From: an uncultured cyanobacterium | GTDB taxonomy: Bacteria > Cyanobacteriota > Cyanobacteriia > Cyanobacteriales > CAWCAG01 | Assembly: GCA_963803805.1 (NCBI GenBank) | Contig: CAWDOD010000007.1 | Location: 17,040-81,039, forward strand | DNA length: 64,000 nucleotides | Direction of reading: 5' to 3' | Shown here: one piece after another, positions 31,236-41,310 of the stretch | Layout: each line of letters starts with the position of its first letter | Position numbering within the stretch: the stretch's first letter is position 1 | Notes under the pieces: generated by a model | What the model was told of the DNA's origin: nothing | What the model saw: the letters and a program-made list of their open reading frames with translations, nothing else | Databases searched by the model: none | Made by a program: the position numbers and the translations under genes

Positions 31236-32777
31236 TCACTCCTGTTTGATGCGGATTAAGTCTGTCAAAATGCTATCCAAACTGCCATTAACTTGAATTT
31301 TATCAATCTTCTCAGCAATTCTTTCTAAAACTTCTAACTCCTTCAAACGTAACGCCACAGGATTATTTTCCATAACCTTCGCTGTGTTTAACATACTGCG
31401 AGTTGCGGCAGTTTCTTCTCGGCGGCGAATTACGTTAGCTTGAGCTGATTTTTCCGCTTCAACAACTTGGGACAAAATATTTTTAATTTCCCCAGGAAGG
31501 ATAATATCTTTCACACCCACAGAATCAACTTTAATGCCATACTCAGCAGTTTTTTCTTTAATGTAACTGGCGATCACATTATCGATTTGTCCTTTATCTT
31601 CTAACAAAGAATCCAACGTTTTCTCCCCAACCGCAGCCCGTAGTGCAAATTGTAATTCCTTGTACAAATAACCCTTAATATCAGATAAATGATTCTTGGC
31701 TGTGAGGGGATCAATAATGCGAAAACCTGCCATTAAATTCAAGCGTAAAGGCACTTTATCCTGAGAAAGAATATCCTGTCCAGAAACTTCTAGGGTTTGC
31801 TGACGCAGATCAAAAACTTCTGTTTGCCAACTACGCCCAAAATTCCACCAGGCATGAATACCTGCTGGCAATGTCTCGTGAAATTCTTTATTAATATACA
31901 ACAAGCCGATATGTTGGGGAGGAATTTCACAAATATGTAAAGATGGATAGCTTAATTTAACAGTTTCCGGCAACCCAGATACCAACTCTGTCACTAAGTG
32001 GGGTGGTAACTTAGCCTCGTTGCTAATGTCAATTTCTTCCACTTTAACCCCTTGCCAAAAGAGTTTGCGACTACAAGGAGGTAAAATACTAATCACTTTA
32101 TTGCGATCGCGGACAATAGCTACATCATCCGTTGCTAATTCTACAATCTCACAATAAGCTGCCACAAAATCGGGATGTTTTTCAATTAACAACTCCTCAA
32201 GGGGAAATGTCGGATTCGGTAGCATCCTACTCATGGTTTGCACAACAACATTGCGATCAAAACTCCAAAAGCTGTACTCACCAGGTTCCAAAGGTTTAAC
32301 AAAATCATTCTGTACAAACAGCAAGCCAATTTGGTATTCAGCAATGAGAACTTTCTTCAAGCCATTTACTACCACTCCACGAAGTCTCTGTACGAATGAT
32401 GCTGGTAATTCTAAGCTTTCATCTAAATTGAAAAGATAGGATTCAACCTCAATAAAACCACGCCAAAACGCCACCAATTGGTTAGGGGCAACACTCAGCC
32501 ACCAATTTTGTCCCAAACGTACTAAGGCAGCTTGATTAAAACTTGTCCTAACTACTAACAAATGATCTTGTAATGCCGCAAAGTGGTTCCGCAGCAGCAA
32601 TTCCAGGTTCTCAATCTCAGCTTCAGGTTCATTGAGATCATAAACTCTAACTTGCCAATGCCAACCGAAATAACGGTAAGTCCCCGGTTGCAAAATCTGC
32701 TTGAAATCGCTGCGATGATACAAAATCCCCATTTCATTGGGTTTGATATAAAATGTTTTCCACATAGAGAGTGTCAA
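31236..32777 (-). CDS. SPFH/Band-7 domain protein with two extra N-terminal partial SPFH N-lobe repeats
   Basis: C-terminal ~220 aa align to the SPFH consensus (FDLRQQ ... GIKVDSVGVKDIILPGEIKNIL). Repeats: EMGILYHRSDFKQILQPGTYRYF / QIGLLFVQNDFVKPLEPGEYSFW / QHIGLLYINKEFHETLPAGIHAWW. Confidence 0.7.
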   Translation of the reverse strand: MTLSMWKTFYIKPNEMGILYHRSDFKQILQPGTYRYFGWHWQVRVYDLNEPEAEIENLELLLRNHFAALQDHLLVVRTSFNQAALVRLGQNWWLSVAPNQLVAFWRGFIEVESYLFNLDESLELPASFVQRLRGVVVNGLKKVLIAEYQIGLLFVQNDFVKPLEPGEYSFWSFDRNVVVQTMSRMLPNPTFPLEELLIEKHPDFVAAYCEIVELATDDVAIVRDRNKVISILPPCSRKLFWQGVKVEEIDISNEAKLPPHLVTELVSGLPETVKLSYPSLHICEIPPQHIGLLYINKEFHETLPAGIHAWWNFGRSWQTEVFDLRQQTLEVSGQDILSQDKVPLRLNLMAGFRIIDPLTAKNHLSDIKGYLYKELQFALRAAVGEKTLDSLLEDKGQIDNVIASYIKEKTAEYGIKVDSVGVKDIILPGEIKNILSQVVEAEKSAQANVIRRREETAATRSMLNTAKVMENNPVALRLKELEVLERIAEKIDKIQVNGSLDSILTDLIRIKQE

Positions 32778-33189
32778 TTAAATATTGACGGCTAAGGGGG
32801 TAAGGGGCAAAAGGTATTACTTATTACTTCTCCCCATCTCCGTAAGTCCTATAAATTTGTTTTTTGTAGTATCCATAATACAGAAGATTTTTAAACTCTG
32901 CAAGCAGGTGGGTTGCAGTTCAGTTGCGGGCTAATGGTTCTCCTTAACTGGATTAAGAATGTCTTACAGGAGGCTTTGCCAAAATTACCCTTGGGCATTT
33001 CTGACAAAAACGTACTACATTCAAATATGCCGTTCCTTAAACCTTGCTGACATCCTTCTTAGGGGAATACAGAAGGCAAACGAAGGGACATACTCAAGTT
33101 AAGGAGGGGGGCATTAACACTGGCTTCTTCCCTGTTGTAACTCCTACCCACGAAGCAATAGAAAGTTACAAGCACCTACATTGCAGAGT

Positions 33190-33265
33190 TTACTAAACAT
33201 AACGGACTCGAACCGTCTGAGGATTTCTCCCGTACCAGATTTTGAGCTAAACGCTCCCTTGACCA
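33190..33265 (-). other. tRNA-like remnant (T-arm GACGG-TTCGAGT-CCGTT present, no pairing acceptor stem)
   Basis: Minus-strand sequence carries a consensus T-arm, but the flanks cannot form a 7-bp acceptor helix. Confidence 0.25.
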
Positions 33266-33298
33266 CAACAAGGCGCCTATTAACCCTGGCAGGGGTGT

Positions 33299-33372
33299 TT
33301 AAAAGTACAGGAATTGAACCTGTTACCGATCGATTATGAGTCGATTGCTCTAACCAAATGAGCTAACTTTTT
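33299..33372 (-). tRNA. Atypical tRNA-like gene, anticodon CAU (Met/Ile-type), A/T-only acceptor stem with A1·A72 mismatch, no encoded CCA
   Basis: Minus-strand fold: AAAAAGT TA GCTC ATTTGGTTA GAGC A ATCGA CTCATAA TCGAT CGGTA ACAGG TTCAATT CCTGT ACTTTTA A. D, anticodon and T arms are all perfect. Confidence 0.5.
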
Positions 33373-33374
33373 GG

Positions 33375-33448
33375 TGTTTGATGTAGGAGTCGAACCTACC
33401 CTCGCCGATAGAGACATCGGCTGCTCTCACCAACTGAGCTAATCAAAC
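33375..33448 (-). tRNA. Atypical tRNA-like gene with an 8-nt anticodon loop (or a 6-bp stem with 6-nt loop), 2 nt downstream of the CAU tRNA-like gene
   Basis: Minus-strand fold: GTTTGAT TA GCTC AGTTGGTGA GAGC A GCCGA TGTCTCTA TCGGC GAGG GTAGG TTCGACT CCTAC ATCAAAC A. Acceptor and T arms are perfect. The anticodon loop is non-canonical. Confidence 0.5.
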
Positions 33449-33673
33449 GGTGAAACTAGCGACAATTGCAACTGCGGTATACGCTCAAGCCAAAGGTTGG
33501 CGCACCCGTTGGGCATACGGAACCCAAACGATAGCACTGCAACGTACTACTACCTCACTACTTAATATAACACGAGATAAAATTACTTGATTTAAGTTTT
33601 TTTACTGATAGCAATTCTATTGGTTTACTGTATAAAACATTACGCCCTCACCAGCACCTAAAAAATACTGTCC

Positions 33674-34852
33674 TTAATCAAGCAACTGTTGTAGCCTTTG
33701 GCTAAAAGCCTCGTAATTAAATTTAGCTAAAGATTGCGATCGCAACCACTCACCGTTACAGCGTTGATCATTTCCCCGCAATATTTCTAAACAAGCCTGT
33801 ACCACTGCTTCTGGATTTCTATGGGGGACTTGCCAACCTAAATGCCCATCTTGTAATGGATCTGCTGAACCATCACTATCTCCAGAAAGTACAGGAATAC
33901 CACAAGCCATGGCTTCTAGATAAACAATACCAAACCCTTCTTGAGAAGGCATAATATAGGCATCAGCAACTCGATAATGTTCTACTAGTTCTTCAATAGG
34001 AACAAAACCAGCAAAAATCACTTGCTCCGCCACCCCTAAATCTTCAGCTAACTTAGCTAATCTAGGCTGATCATCCCCCCGTCCAATCACTAAATATTTT
34101 ACTTGAGGAAATTCTGTAATAATTTTGGGTAAGGCTCGGATGGTAACGTCAACGCCTTTATAAATATCTCCAGACCATAACCTCGCTACAGTCATTAGTA
34201 CTTTACTATTTTCTAAACCATATCTGGCAATTAGCCTGGGAGATTTTACTCCTGGGGTAAAAACTTCCCCATCAATAGCACAGTAGAGAAACTTAACTTG
34301 TTGGGGATTAATATCATTAGCTTCACAGAGGCGATCGCGGCTATAACGGCTAATTGTCCAAATTTCGGCCGCTTCTTGCAAAGCACGTTTTTGATTAGGG
34401 GGCAGAGGTTCCCAAACCTCCTTACCGTAGGTCAAAACTGTATAGGGAATACCTTTAAACTTGCATAATAACTGTATCAAAGGTGCAAGATTAATATGAC
34501 CACAGAAAACTCTTCGAGGCTTATTTCGCCACAGGAAAGTAACTAAGGAGGCCATCAAATTGAACCGCGATCGCCAAGGAGTTGCCCCCTTGAGATAATG
34601 AAACTTCATCCTACTCCCTTCCCAAGGATTATTATCCCCAGAACTGTCCCTTAGTAAGAATATTTCCCCTTGTCGAGAAGGAGTTAAAGCCAGATAAGCT
34701 TGTAAAATATCTTTAACGTAGGATTGAATCCCCCCTTCCTGAGAGAAAATCTCTAGGAAAACGAAAGCATCATCTACTGTAGCTTTAACTTTTTTAGTCA
34801 CATCATTCTTGACAATCTGAAGATTTACGGTAGAAGAACTATTTTTGAGCAT
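33674..34852 (-). CDS. Glycosyltransferase family 4 (GT-B fold)
   Basis: 392 aa. The C-terminal motif EGFGIVYLEAMACGIPV is typical of GT4. Confidence 0.8.
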   Translation of the reverse strand: MLKNSSSTVNLQIVKNDVTKKVKATVDDAFVFLEIFSQEGGIQSYVKDILQAYLALTPSRQGEIFLLRDSSGDNNPWEGSRMKFHYLKGATPWRSRFNLMASLVTFLWRNKPRRVFCGHINLAPLIQLLCKFKGIPYTVLTYGKEVWEPLPPNQKRALQEAAEIWTISRYSRDRLCEANDINPQQVKFLYCAIDGEVFTPGVKSPRLIARYGLENSKVLMTVARLWSGDIYKGVDVTIRALPKIITEFPQVKYLVIGRGDDQPRLAKLAEDLGVAEQVIFAGFVPIEELVEHYRVADAYIMPSQEGFGIVYLEAMACGIPVLSGDSDGSADPLQDGHLGWQVPHRNPEAVVQACLEILRGNDQRCNGEWLRSQSLAKFNYEAFSQRLQQLLD

Positions 34853-35831
34853 TTACGGGTTGAACTGAGCCTGTTTTCAAGCGTTCTAAATCTTTGAGAA
34901 CCATCTTTTCTATAAGAGCTTCAAAACTAACTTGGGGTTCCCAATGCAGATTTCGTTTTGCTTTAGTGGGGTTAGCAACTAACTGAAAATGTTCGTCTGG
35001 TCGCAAAAACTTAGGATTAATTACTACATAGTCTTCCCAATGCAAATCTAAACATTGAAAGGCTGCTGTTACTAAATCTTTCACGCTGTGGAGTTTTCCT
35101 GTCCCGATCACATAATCTTCTGGTTCATTGGCTTGCAACATACGCCACATCGCATCCACATGATCCCCCGCATAACCCCAATCTCTTTTTGCTTCTAAGC
35201 TACCCATTTCTAAGTTGCTACTCAGCCCTAACTTAATAGCAGCCGCAGTTAGGGTGACTTTCCGTGTCACAAAGGCAGGAGGACGTAAAGGAGATTCGTG
35301 ATTAAATAAAATACCGCTACAGGCGAATAAACCATACCTCTGGCGGTGATGTACCATCGTCCAGTGGGCATGGACTTTGGCTGCGGCGTAGGGGTTCTTA
35401 GGACGCATGGGGGTGTCTTCGTCTTGAGGCGAACAGTCTATATCACCAAACATCTCCGAACTACTTGCTTGATAAAATCTGCTCGGAATACCAACTTGCC
35501 GAACTGCATCGAGGAGCCGGGTGGCAGTACCTGTGATTAAGTCTAGGGTTCCCAAGGGATCATTCCAAGAAGCAGGAACAAAACTAGGGGCAGCTAAGTT
35601 ATAAATCTCGTCAGGGCGTAGTTGTTCTACCACACAGCATAAAGCTTGAGCATCAGTTAAGTTAACAGCACAAACTTCTATTTTGCTAGCCATTTTCCCC
35701 AATTTGGCGATGCTTTCTTGCCTTTGGGGAGGGATCAAACCTGCTACCCGATAGCCTTTATCCAAAAGCAAACGACTGAGATAGTAACCGTCTTGACCAG
35801 TAATTCCAGTAACTAATGCTGTTTTTGTCAT
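34839..35831 (-). CDS. gmd: GDP-mannose 4,6-dehydratase family (short form)
   Basis: N-terminus ALVTGITGQDGYYLSRLLLDKGY. SDR catalytic YAAAK. The stop overlaps the GT4 start (operon). Confidence 0.7.
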   Translation of the reverse strand: MTKTALVTGITGQDGYYLSRLLLDKGYRVAGLIPPQRQESIAKLGKMASKIEVCAVNLTDAQALCCVVEQLRPDEIYNLAAPSFVPASWNDPLGTLDLITGTATRLLDAVRQVGIPSRFYQASSSEMFGDIDCSPQDEDTPMRPKNPYAAAKVHAHWTMVHHRQRYGLFACSGILFNHESPLRPPAFVTRKVTLTAAAIKLGLSSNLEMGSLEAKRDWGYAGDHVDAMWRMLQANEPEDYVIGTGKLHSVKDLVTAAFQCLDLHWEDYVVINPKFLRPDEHFQLVANPTKAKRNLHWEPQVSFEALIEKMVLKDLERLKTGSVQPVNAQK

Positions 35832-36006
35832 GATATAAGAAAGGGAGCAGGGAGCAGTTAGAAATAAATTATGGACGAGAAGTCCCTCGCCCCTACTGTT
35901 ATAACATCAGTACTTGATATCCTCCCTGTCCTATTCGCGTAGCGTTGCTGCACCTCTTTGGAACGGGGATATTCCCTTCCCTATCTAACCCAACAAAAAA
36001 AAAGTA

Positions 36007-36810
<804 letters not shown>

Positions 36811-36812
36811 CT

Positions 36813-37130
36813 ATGGCTGTTAAAAAAAAGTTTTCTAGTTTCCAGGAACTTCTTTCTGGCTCTGACGTACCAGTATTAGTAGATTTTTACGCAACTTGGT
36901 GTGGTCAATGCCAAATGATGGCTCCTATTTTAGAAGAAGTTAGTACTCAATTGAAAGGTCGCCTACAAGTTGTCAAGATTGATACAGAAAAATATCCTCG
37001 CTTAGCATCTCAGTATCAAGTGTATGCTCTACCTACTCTAGTTTTGTTTCAAGGGGGCCAACCCGCAGATCGCATTGAAGGAGTTTTATCTACACCGCAG
37101 TTAATTCAGCGCTTGCAAAGTTTCATTTAA
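36813..37130 (+). CDS. Thioredoxin-family protein with a non-canonical WCGQC active site
   Basis: 105 aa. Thioredoxin fold length. The motif is CGQC rather than CGPC. Confidence 0.7.
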   Translation: MAVKKKFSSFQELLSGSDVPVLVDFYATWCGQCQMMAPILEEVSTQLKGRLQVVKIDTEKYPRLASQYQVYALPTLVLFQGGQPADRIEGVLSTPQLIQRLQSFI

Positions 37131-37138
37131 AGGACTTA

Positions 37139-37882
37139 TTATTCTCCTTCGGTCGGCTCAGAAGTTTCTTCTGGGGAAGAACCATCATTATTATTGGCTT
37201 CTTTTGCCTGTTTTTCTTGAGCGCGTCTTTCCTTTTGTTTGCGGTCTGCTTTTAAAGCATCCTCAATAGCAGCTTGTACCTGGGTCATTTTATCTAGGTT
37301 GCCCCGATACAGATCCAAATCTTTGAGCATTTTTTCAGCAGGCAGATTTAAAGCTTCGCCAACTTTTTGCAGGAATTCATCTCGCTGCTTTTGTTCTTTG
37401 AGCAACTCTGGGTTTCCTTGTTCAAGGAGAGTATACAAACCAATGGCAAACAGACGACTATATTTGAATTGGGAGTTTTGGGCTATTTCTTGAATTTGGT
37501 TATGTATATCCTGGATGCCATCTACCGGGGTAGGAGAACTTAGCCAAGTTATTAAATCCTGGCCAGACATTTTATCGCTCAGAGTTTTCAAACTTGTAGC
37601 ATCTTGCCGATACTTTTCAGGGTCATCCCCTACCGATTGACAAAGAGCTTTAAAAATAGACTCTTTACCACTTTCTGGTTGATAACCTTCCATAAAACGG
37701 TCAAAGGAAGTAACAACGCCTAAAGCATAAATAGGGTTATAACGAAAGTCAACATTGACTGAGAGCAAATGCATTTCCACCATCAACTCTTCTACTACTC
37801 GCCTATAAATAGAGTTAATAGGGCGAGTATGAATGGTATAGAATTTTCGCTTGGTATCTGAGAGAGTGCGAACTTTATCCAC
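37139..37882 (-). CDS. thf1: Thf1/Psb29 photosystem II biogenesis protein
   Basis: N-terminus RTLSDTKRKFYTIHTRPINSIYRRVVEELMVEMHLL matches cyanobacterial Thf1. Acidic C-terminal tail. Confidence 0.85.
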   Translation of the reverse strand: MDKVRTLSDTKRKFYTIHTRPINSIYRRVVEELMVEMHLLSVNVDFRYNPIYALGVVTSFDRFMEGYQPESGKESIFKALCQSVGDDPEKYRQDATSLKTLSDKMSGQDLITWLSSPTPVDGIQDIHNQIQEIAQNSQFKYSRLFAIGLYTLLEQGNPELLKEQKQRDEFLQKVGEALNLPAEKMLKDLDLYRGNLDKMTQVQAAIEDALKADRKQKERRAQEKQAKEANNNDGSSPEETSEPTEGE

Positions 37883-38029
37883 AAAGCAGATTATAAAGAA
37901 AAGATGATCCCATTGTCCCGCTTATGGAGACGTTTGCCAAGGGGAAGACCATTTATGCTAATGGCTAATGGCTGTTTAAGCTTGGTGAGATTTGCTCTAT
38001 TCCTATGATCTATCGCTTATTAAAAATAT

Positions 38030-38641
38030 ATGACTTCTAAACTTTCTACTCTAGGTCGCTACTTAGCTGGAGAATTTGATAACCGCCAACAAGCCTTGGC
38101 TAATCCCGCTTGGTTTGTACATTTACGCCTCTGGAAAAGACCAGTATCTCTATTTACTGAAGATAGTCTTACTCTTTTTGCTGAACAAGTTAATCTGCTT
38201 AATCCAGACAAACCATATCGTCCTCGAATTTTACGCTTAAGACAGAATGATAATCCTGCCACCCTGGAAGTTCAATACTATATGTTAAAAGATATTAATA
38301 AGTTTCTTGGAGGGGGAAGTAATCCTGAGTTACTAAAAAAAATCACCCCAGAAGAAATAGAATTTTTACCTGGTTGTAGCCTAATGGTACAAACAGAAAT
38401 AACCAACTCAGATAACTATAAATTTATTACCACTAATCCCACAGATAGCCCTTGCAGCTTTACCTATGAAGGAAAAACCTATTGTATTTCCCTCGGTTTT
38501 AGGGCAACCCTAAATGAATTAGAAATTTATGATAAAGGAATAGACCCCCAAACTGGCAAAGCAACTTGGGGGGCATTAATGGAACCTTTTCGCTTTCAAA
38601 AACGCCAGGATTTCTCTTTTGAGTTACCGGATACATTTTAG
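38030..38641 (+). CDS. cpcT: CpcT/CpeT-family phycobilin lyase
   Basis: N-terminus LAGEFDNRQQALANPAWFVHLRLW is the DUF1001/CpcT signature. 203 aa. Confidence 0.75.
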   Translation: MTSKLSTLGRYLAGEFDNRQQALANPAWFVHLRLWKRPVSLFTEDSLTLFAEQVNLLNPDKPYRPRILRLRQNDNPATLEVQYYMLKDINKFLGGGSNPELLKKITPEEIEFLPGCSLMVQTEITNSDNYKFITTNPTDSPCSFTYEGKTYCISLGFRATLNELEIYDKGIDPQTGKATWGALMEPFRFQKRQDFSFELPDTF

Positions 38642-38655
38642 GAAGGGATGTACTG

Positions 38656-38684
38656 CTATTAGCCATTAGCTATTAGCCATTAGC
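38656..38684. repeat. STRR-like tandem heptamers (ttagcca / ttagcta)
   Basis: Four units between convergent genes. Confidence 0.55.
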
Positions 38685-38697
38685 TTTTAAGTATTAG

Positions 38698-39063
38698 TTA
38701 TTTTTTTGTCGGTACTGTATTAATAGCTTCTTCCTCAGTTTCAAAAATATCAAATACTGAATCCATCATGGTCACCTCAAACACCAATTTAGCTTCGGGA
38801 TGAACACTACAGATCCTAAAACTACCCTTAACCCTGTCAGCATCCCTCATCCCTGCGACGAGGGAAGTTAAACCAGAACTATCAATAAAGTTAACTTGAC
38901 TAAGATTAACAACTACATGAGGGCTGAATTTATTAATACACTCTTGCAACTTCAGACGGAACTGCCAAGCCGTTGTTATATCTAGACGACCGCTTGGTGC
39001 CAGTACGATGACAGTTGTACCATCTTCGGTTGTGTGACTTTTCTGCTCGATTTGAATCACCAA
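38698..39063 (-). CDS. STAS-domain anti-sigma-factor antagonist-like protein
   Basis: 121 aa. DSSGL motif with a conserved Ser. Confidence 0.7.
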   Translation of the reverse strand: MVIQIEQKSHTTEDGTTVIVLAPSGRLDITTAWQFRLKLQECINKFSPHVVVNLSQVNFIDSSGLTSLVAGMRDADRVKGSFRICSVHPEAKLVFEVTMMDSVFDIFETEEEAINTVPTKK

Positions 39064-39267
39064 TACCTCCTAACAACAGTAACTCTTTAAGTTCTATATT
39101 CAGAACAATTGAGAGTTACTTTTCTCGACGACGATTGAACCTTTGATCTCCTTCTGACAATAACCCCCTGAATTTAAACTCCATCAGTTTGGAGAAGTTA
39201 AGGGTTAGAGCCATCACCCTGGCACGTCAATCGCTTATTGTACTTTGTATTTTAACCTAGAACATTT

Positions 39268-40314
39268 TTATGTAGATGGTGTCCAATTAACCCATTCCTG
39301 GGGTTTAAGAAAGGTATTATATAATTCCGCTTCTGGAGTGTTCGGTTCAGGATGATAATTATATTCCCAACGTACTAAGGGTGGTAAAGACATCAAAATT
39401 GATTCTGTACGTCCATTTGTTTGTAAGCCAAAGATAGTCCCTCTGTCATAAACTAAGTTGAATTCTACGTAGCGACCCCGGCGATAGAGTTGAAAATCAC
39501 GTTCCCTTTCACCATATTCTTTTCCTTGGCGCTTTTCGATGATCGGTACGTAGGCCGGTAAGAAAGCTTGGCCACAATCTTGAACGAACTTAAATAAATC
39601 TTCCCAACTACGCTGGGAAACTTCCCCTATTTGCTTGCTTTGTTCTGCTGCGTTACCGTCTAGATTTGGCCCCCGATATAATTCTCCTAAACCATCTTGA
39701 TAGTCAAAAAATAATCCTCCTACTCCTCTGGTTTCTTGGCGGTGCTTGAGATAAAAATATTCATCGCACCAGGGTTTAAAAACTTGATAATAGGCAGAAT
39801 TATGGCGATCGCAGGCTGCTTTTAAAGTACGATGGAAATGAGCAACATCTTCTGGGAAAGGATAGTAAGGGGTTAAATCCACTCCTCCACCAAACCACCA
39901 AACTGGCCCAGCTTCAAAATAGCGGTAGTTAAGGTGAACCGTCGGAACATAAGGGTTGTGAGGATGCAAAACCATCGAGGTTCCAGTGGCATAAAAACCA
40001 TGCCCTTCTGCCTCTGGACGCTGTTTTAAGATGGAGGGAGGCAAGTTTTCACCCCAAACTTCAGAAAAGTTTACTCCCCCTTGCTCTAGGACATTTGCCT
40101 GTCTGATGACGCGAGAACGGCCACCGCCTCCTTCTTCTCTTGTCCAACTATCTTCAGCAAATTTGCCCCCACCATCAACTTCTTCAAGTTTGTTACAAAT
40201 TTGATCTTGAAGTTGCTGCATAAACTGGCTAACTCTTTTTTGGGAATTAGCTGGTGGTGTAGAAGCGCTAGATGGGGGGGTAGGAGTTTTAATATCTGTT
40301 TGAATAGCTGTCAT
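39268..40314 (-). CDS. hemF: Oxygen-dependent coproporphyrinogen-III oxidase
   Basis: 348 aa. Conserved blocks [41 protein letters not shown]. Confidence 0.85.
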   Translation of the reverse strand: MTAIQTDIKTPTPPSSASTPPANSQKRVSQFMQQLQDQICNKLEEVDGGGKFAEDSWTREEGGGGRSRVIRQANVLEQGGVNFSEVWGENLPPSILKQRPEAEGHGFYATGTSMVLHPHNPYVPTVHLNYRYFEAGPVWWFGGGVDLTPYYPFPEDVAHFHRTLKAACDRHNSAYYQVFKPWCDEYFYLKHRQETRGVGGLFFDYQDGLGELYRGPNLDGNAAEQSKQIGEVSQRSWEDLFKFVQDCGQAFLPAYVPIIEKRQGKEYGERERDFQLYRRGRYVEFNLVYDRGTIFGLQTNGRTESILMSLPPLVRWEYNYHPEPNTPEAELYNTFLKPQEWVNWTPST

Positions 40315-40676
40315 AGTTTCAATTCAACATACTGCAAGAGAAAAAGACTAGGGGAGGTGGGTATCTTCAAAAGCTAAATTTTGAGGTAGGAGAGTTTTCT
40401 AGCTATTAACTAGCTTGGTAGAATTAAACAGAAGATTCCAGCCGAGATAAGAGTTACTGAAACTCTTCAAGCCCCCTTTTTCCTTAATTTGTTTACAATT
40501 CCATACCTCTGTTGAGAAGTTTAGCATCCGCAGGGTCTGATCCCAATGCTGTTGTGTCACAGTTTTTTCTATAGAGTTACAAATTATTCTGAACTATTCT
40601 TGAGCAAGAAACCAATCTTCCTATGCTTCTTCATACAATATATGACTTGTCTGAGTCTCACTAGGGGAGGGGTGTT

Positions 40677-41159
40677 GTGATTCTCAATTTTTCTTTCGGT
40701 TTTTTTAAGCCTCAAGATAAGAGTGGTAATAAATTTTTGCTTTACAAGACTTATCGAGTTGTAAGTAAGGCGCCAGTAGATGCTTTGTGGCAAAAGATAG
40801 TTAATTTAGCTGATGTATCCTGGCATCCTTTGATTAACCATAGCAACGCTCCTTGGGGCTTAGTTGCTAAACCAGGTATTATTTATCAGGTAGTTACTCG
40901 CTTTACCCCTATTCCCATCAGAGTTTTTGTTGAAAGTGTTTGTCCCAGGCAATTTCTCAGTTTCCGAATTTTGGCTATTCCTGGTATTGAACAGCGCATT
41001 ACCTACCAAATAGAATCAACTCTTTGCGGTACTTATATTTCTTATTCAGTCACTTTACGGGGCTGGTTATCTCCTTTACTTTGGTGGATAATTAAACCTT
41101 ATACTGCTCGTGTTGTTTCTGAATTAGCTAATTCAGTGGAGAAGTTGGTTGAGTGGTAA
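40677..41159 (+). CDS. SRPBCC (Bet v1-like / polyketide-cyclase) superfamily protein; start uncertain
   Basis: About 140-aa core with the W..I.N pattern typical of the fold. Weak identification. Confidence 0.45.
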   Translation: MILNFSFGFFKPQDKSGNKFLLYKTYRVVSKAPVDALWQKIVNLADVSWHPLINHSNAPWGLVAKPGIIYQVVTRFTPIPIRVFVESVCPRQFLSFRILAIPGIEQRITYQIESTLCGTYISYSVTLRGWLSPLLWWIIKPYTARVVSELANSVEKLVEW

Positions 41160-41310
41160 GCTGATGTGCATTTAAACTGTGTATTACTCAACTAGGAAAT
41201 AAGCCCTAAAACCATTCCTCCATCTCCCTATCCCCCTATCTCCCCATCAAACCTAATAAGTAAATTAAATGCCTGGCAGCTTAATATCCCTTGATGGCAA
41301 AAGTATTTTT

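Noticed and set aside
33453-33560. Further tRNA genes upstream of the two tRNA-like cloverleaves
   Set aside because: Only a simple hairpin (TTGGG ... CCCAA) is present. No acceptor, D or T arm combination could be folded.
40584-40793. 69-aa minus-strand ORF overlapping the SRPBCC gene start
   Set aside because: It is very basic, has no homology features, and overlaps a better-supported gene.
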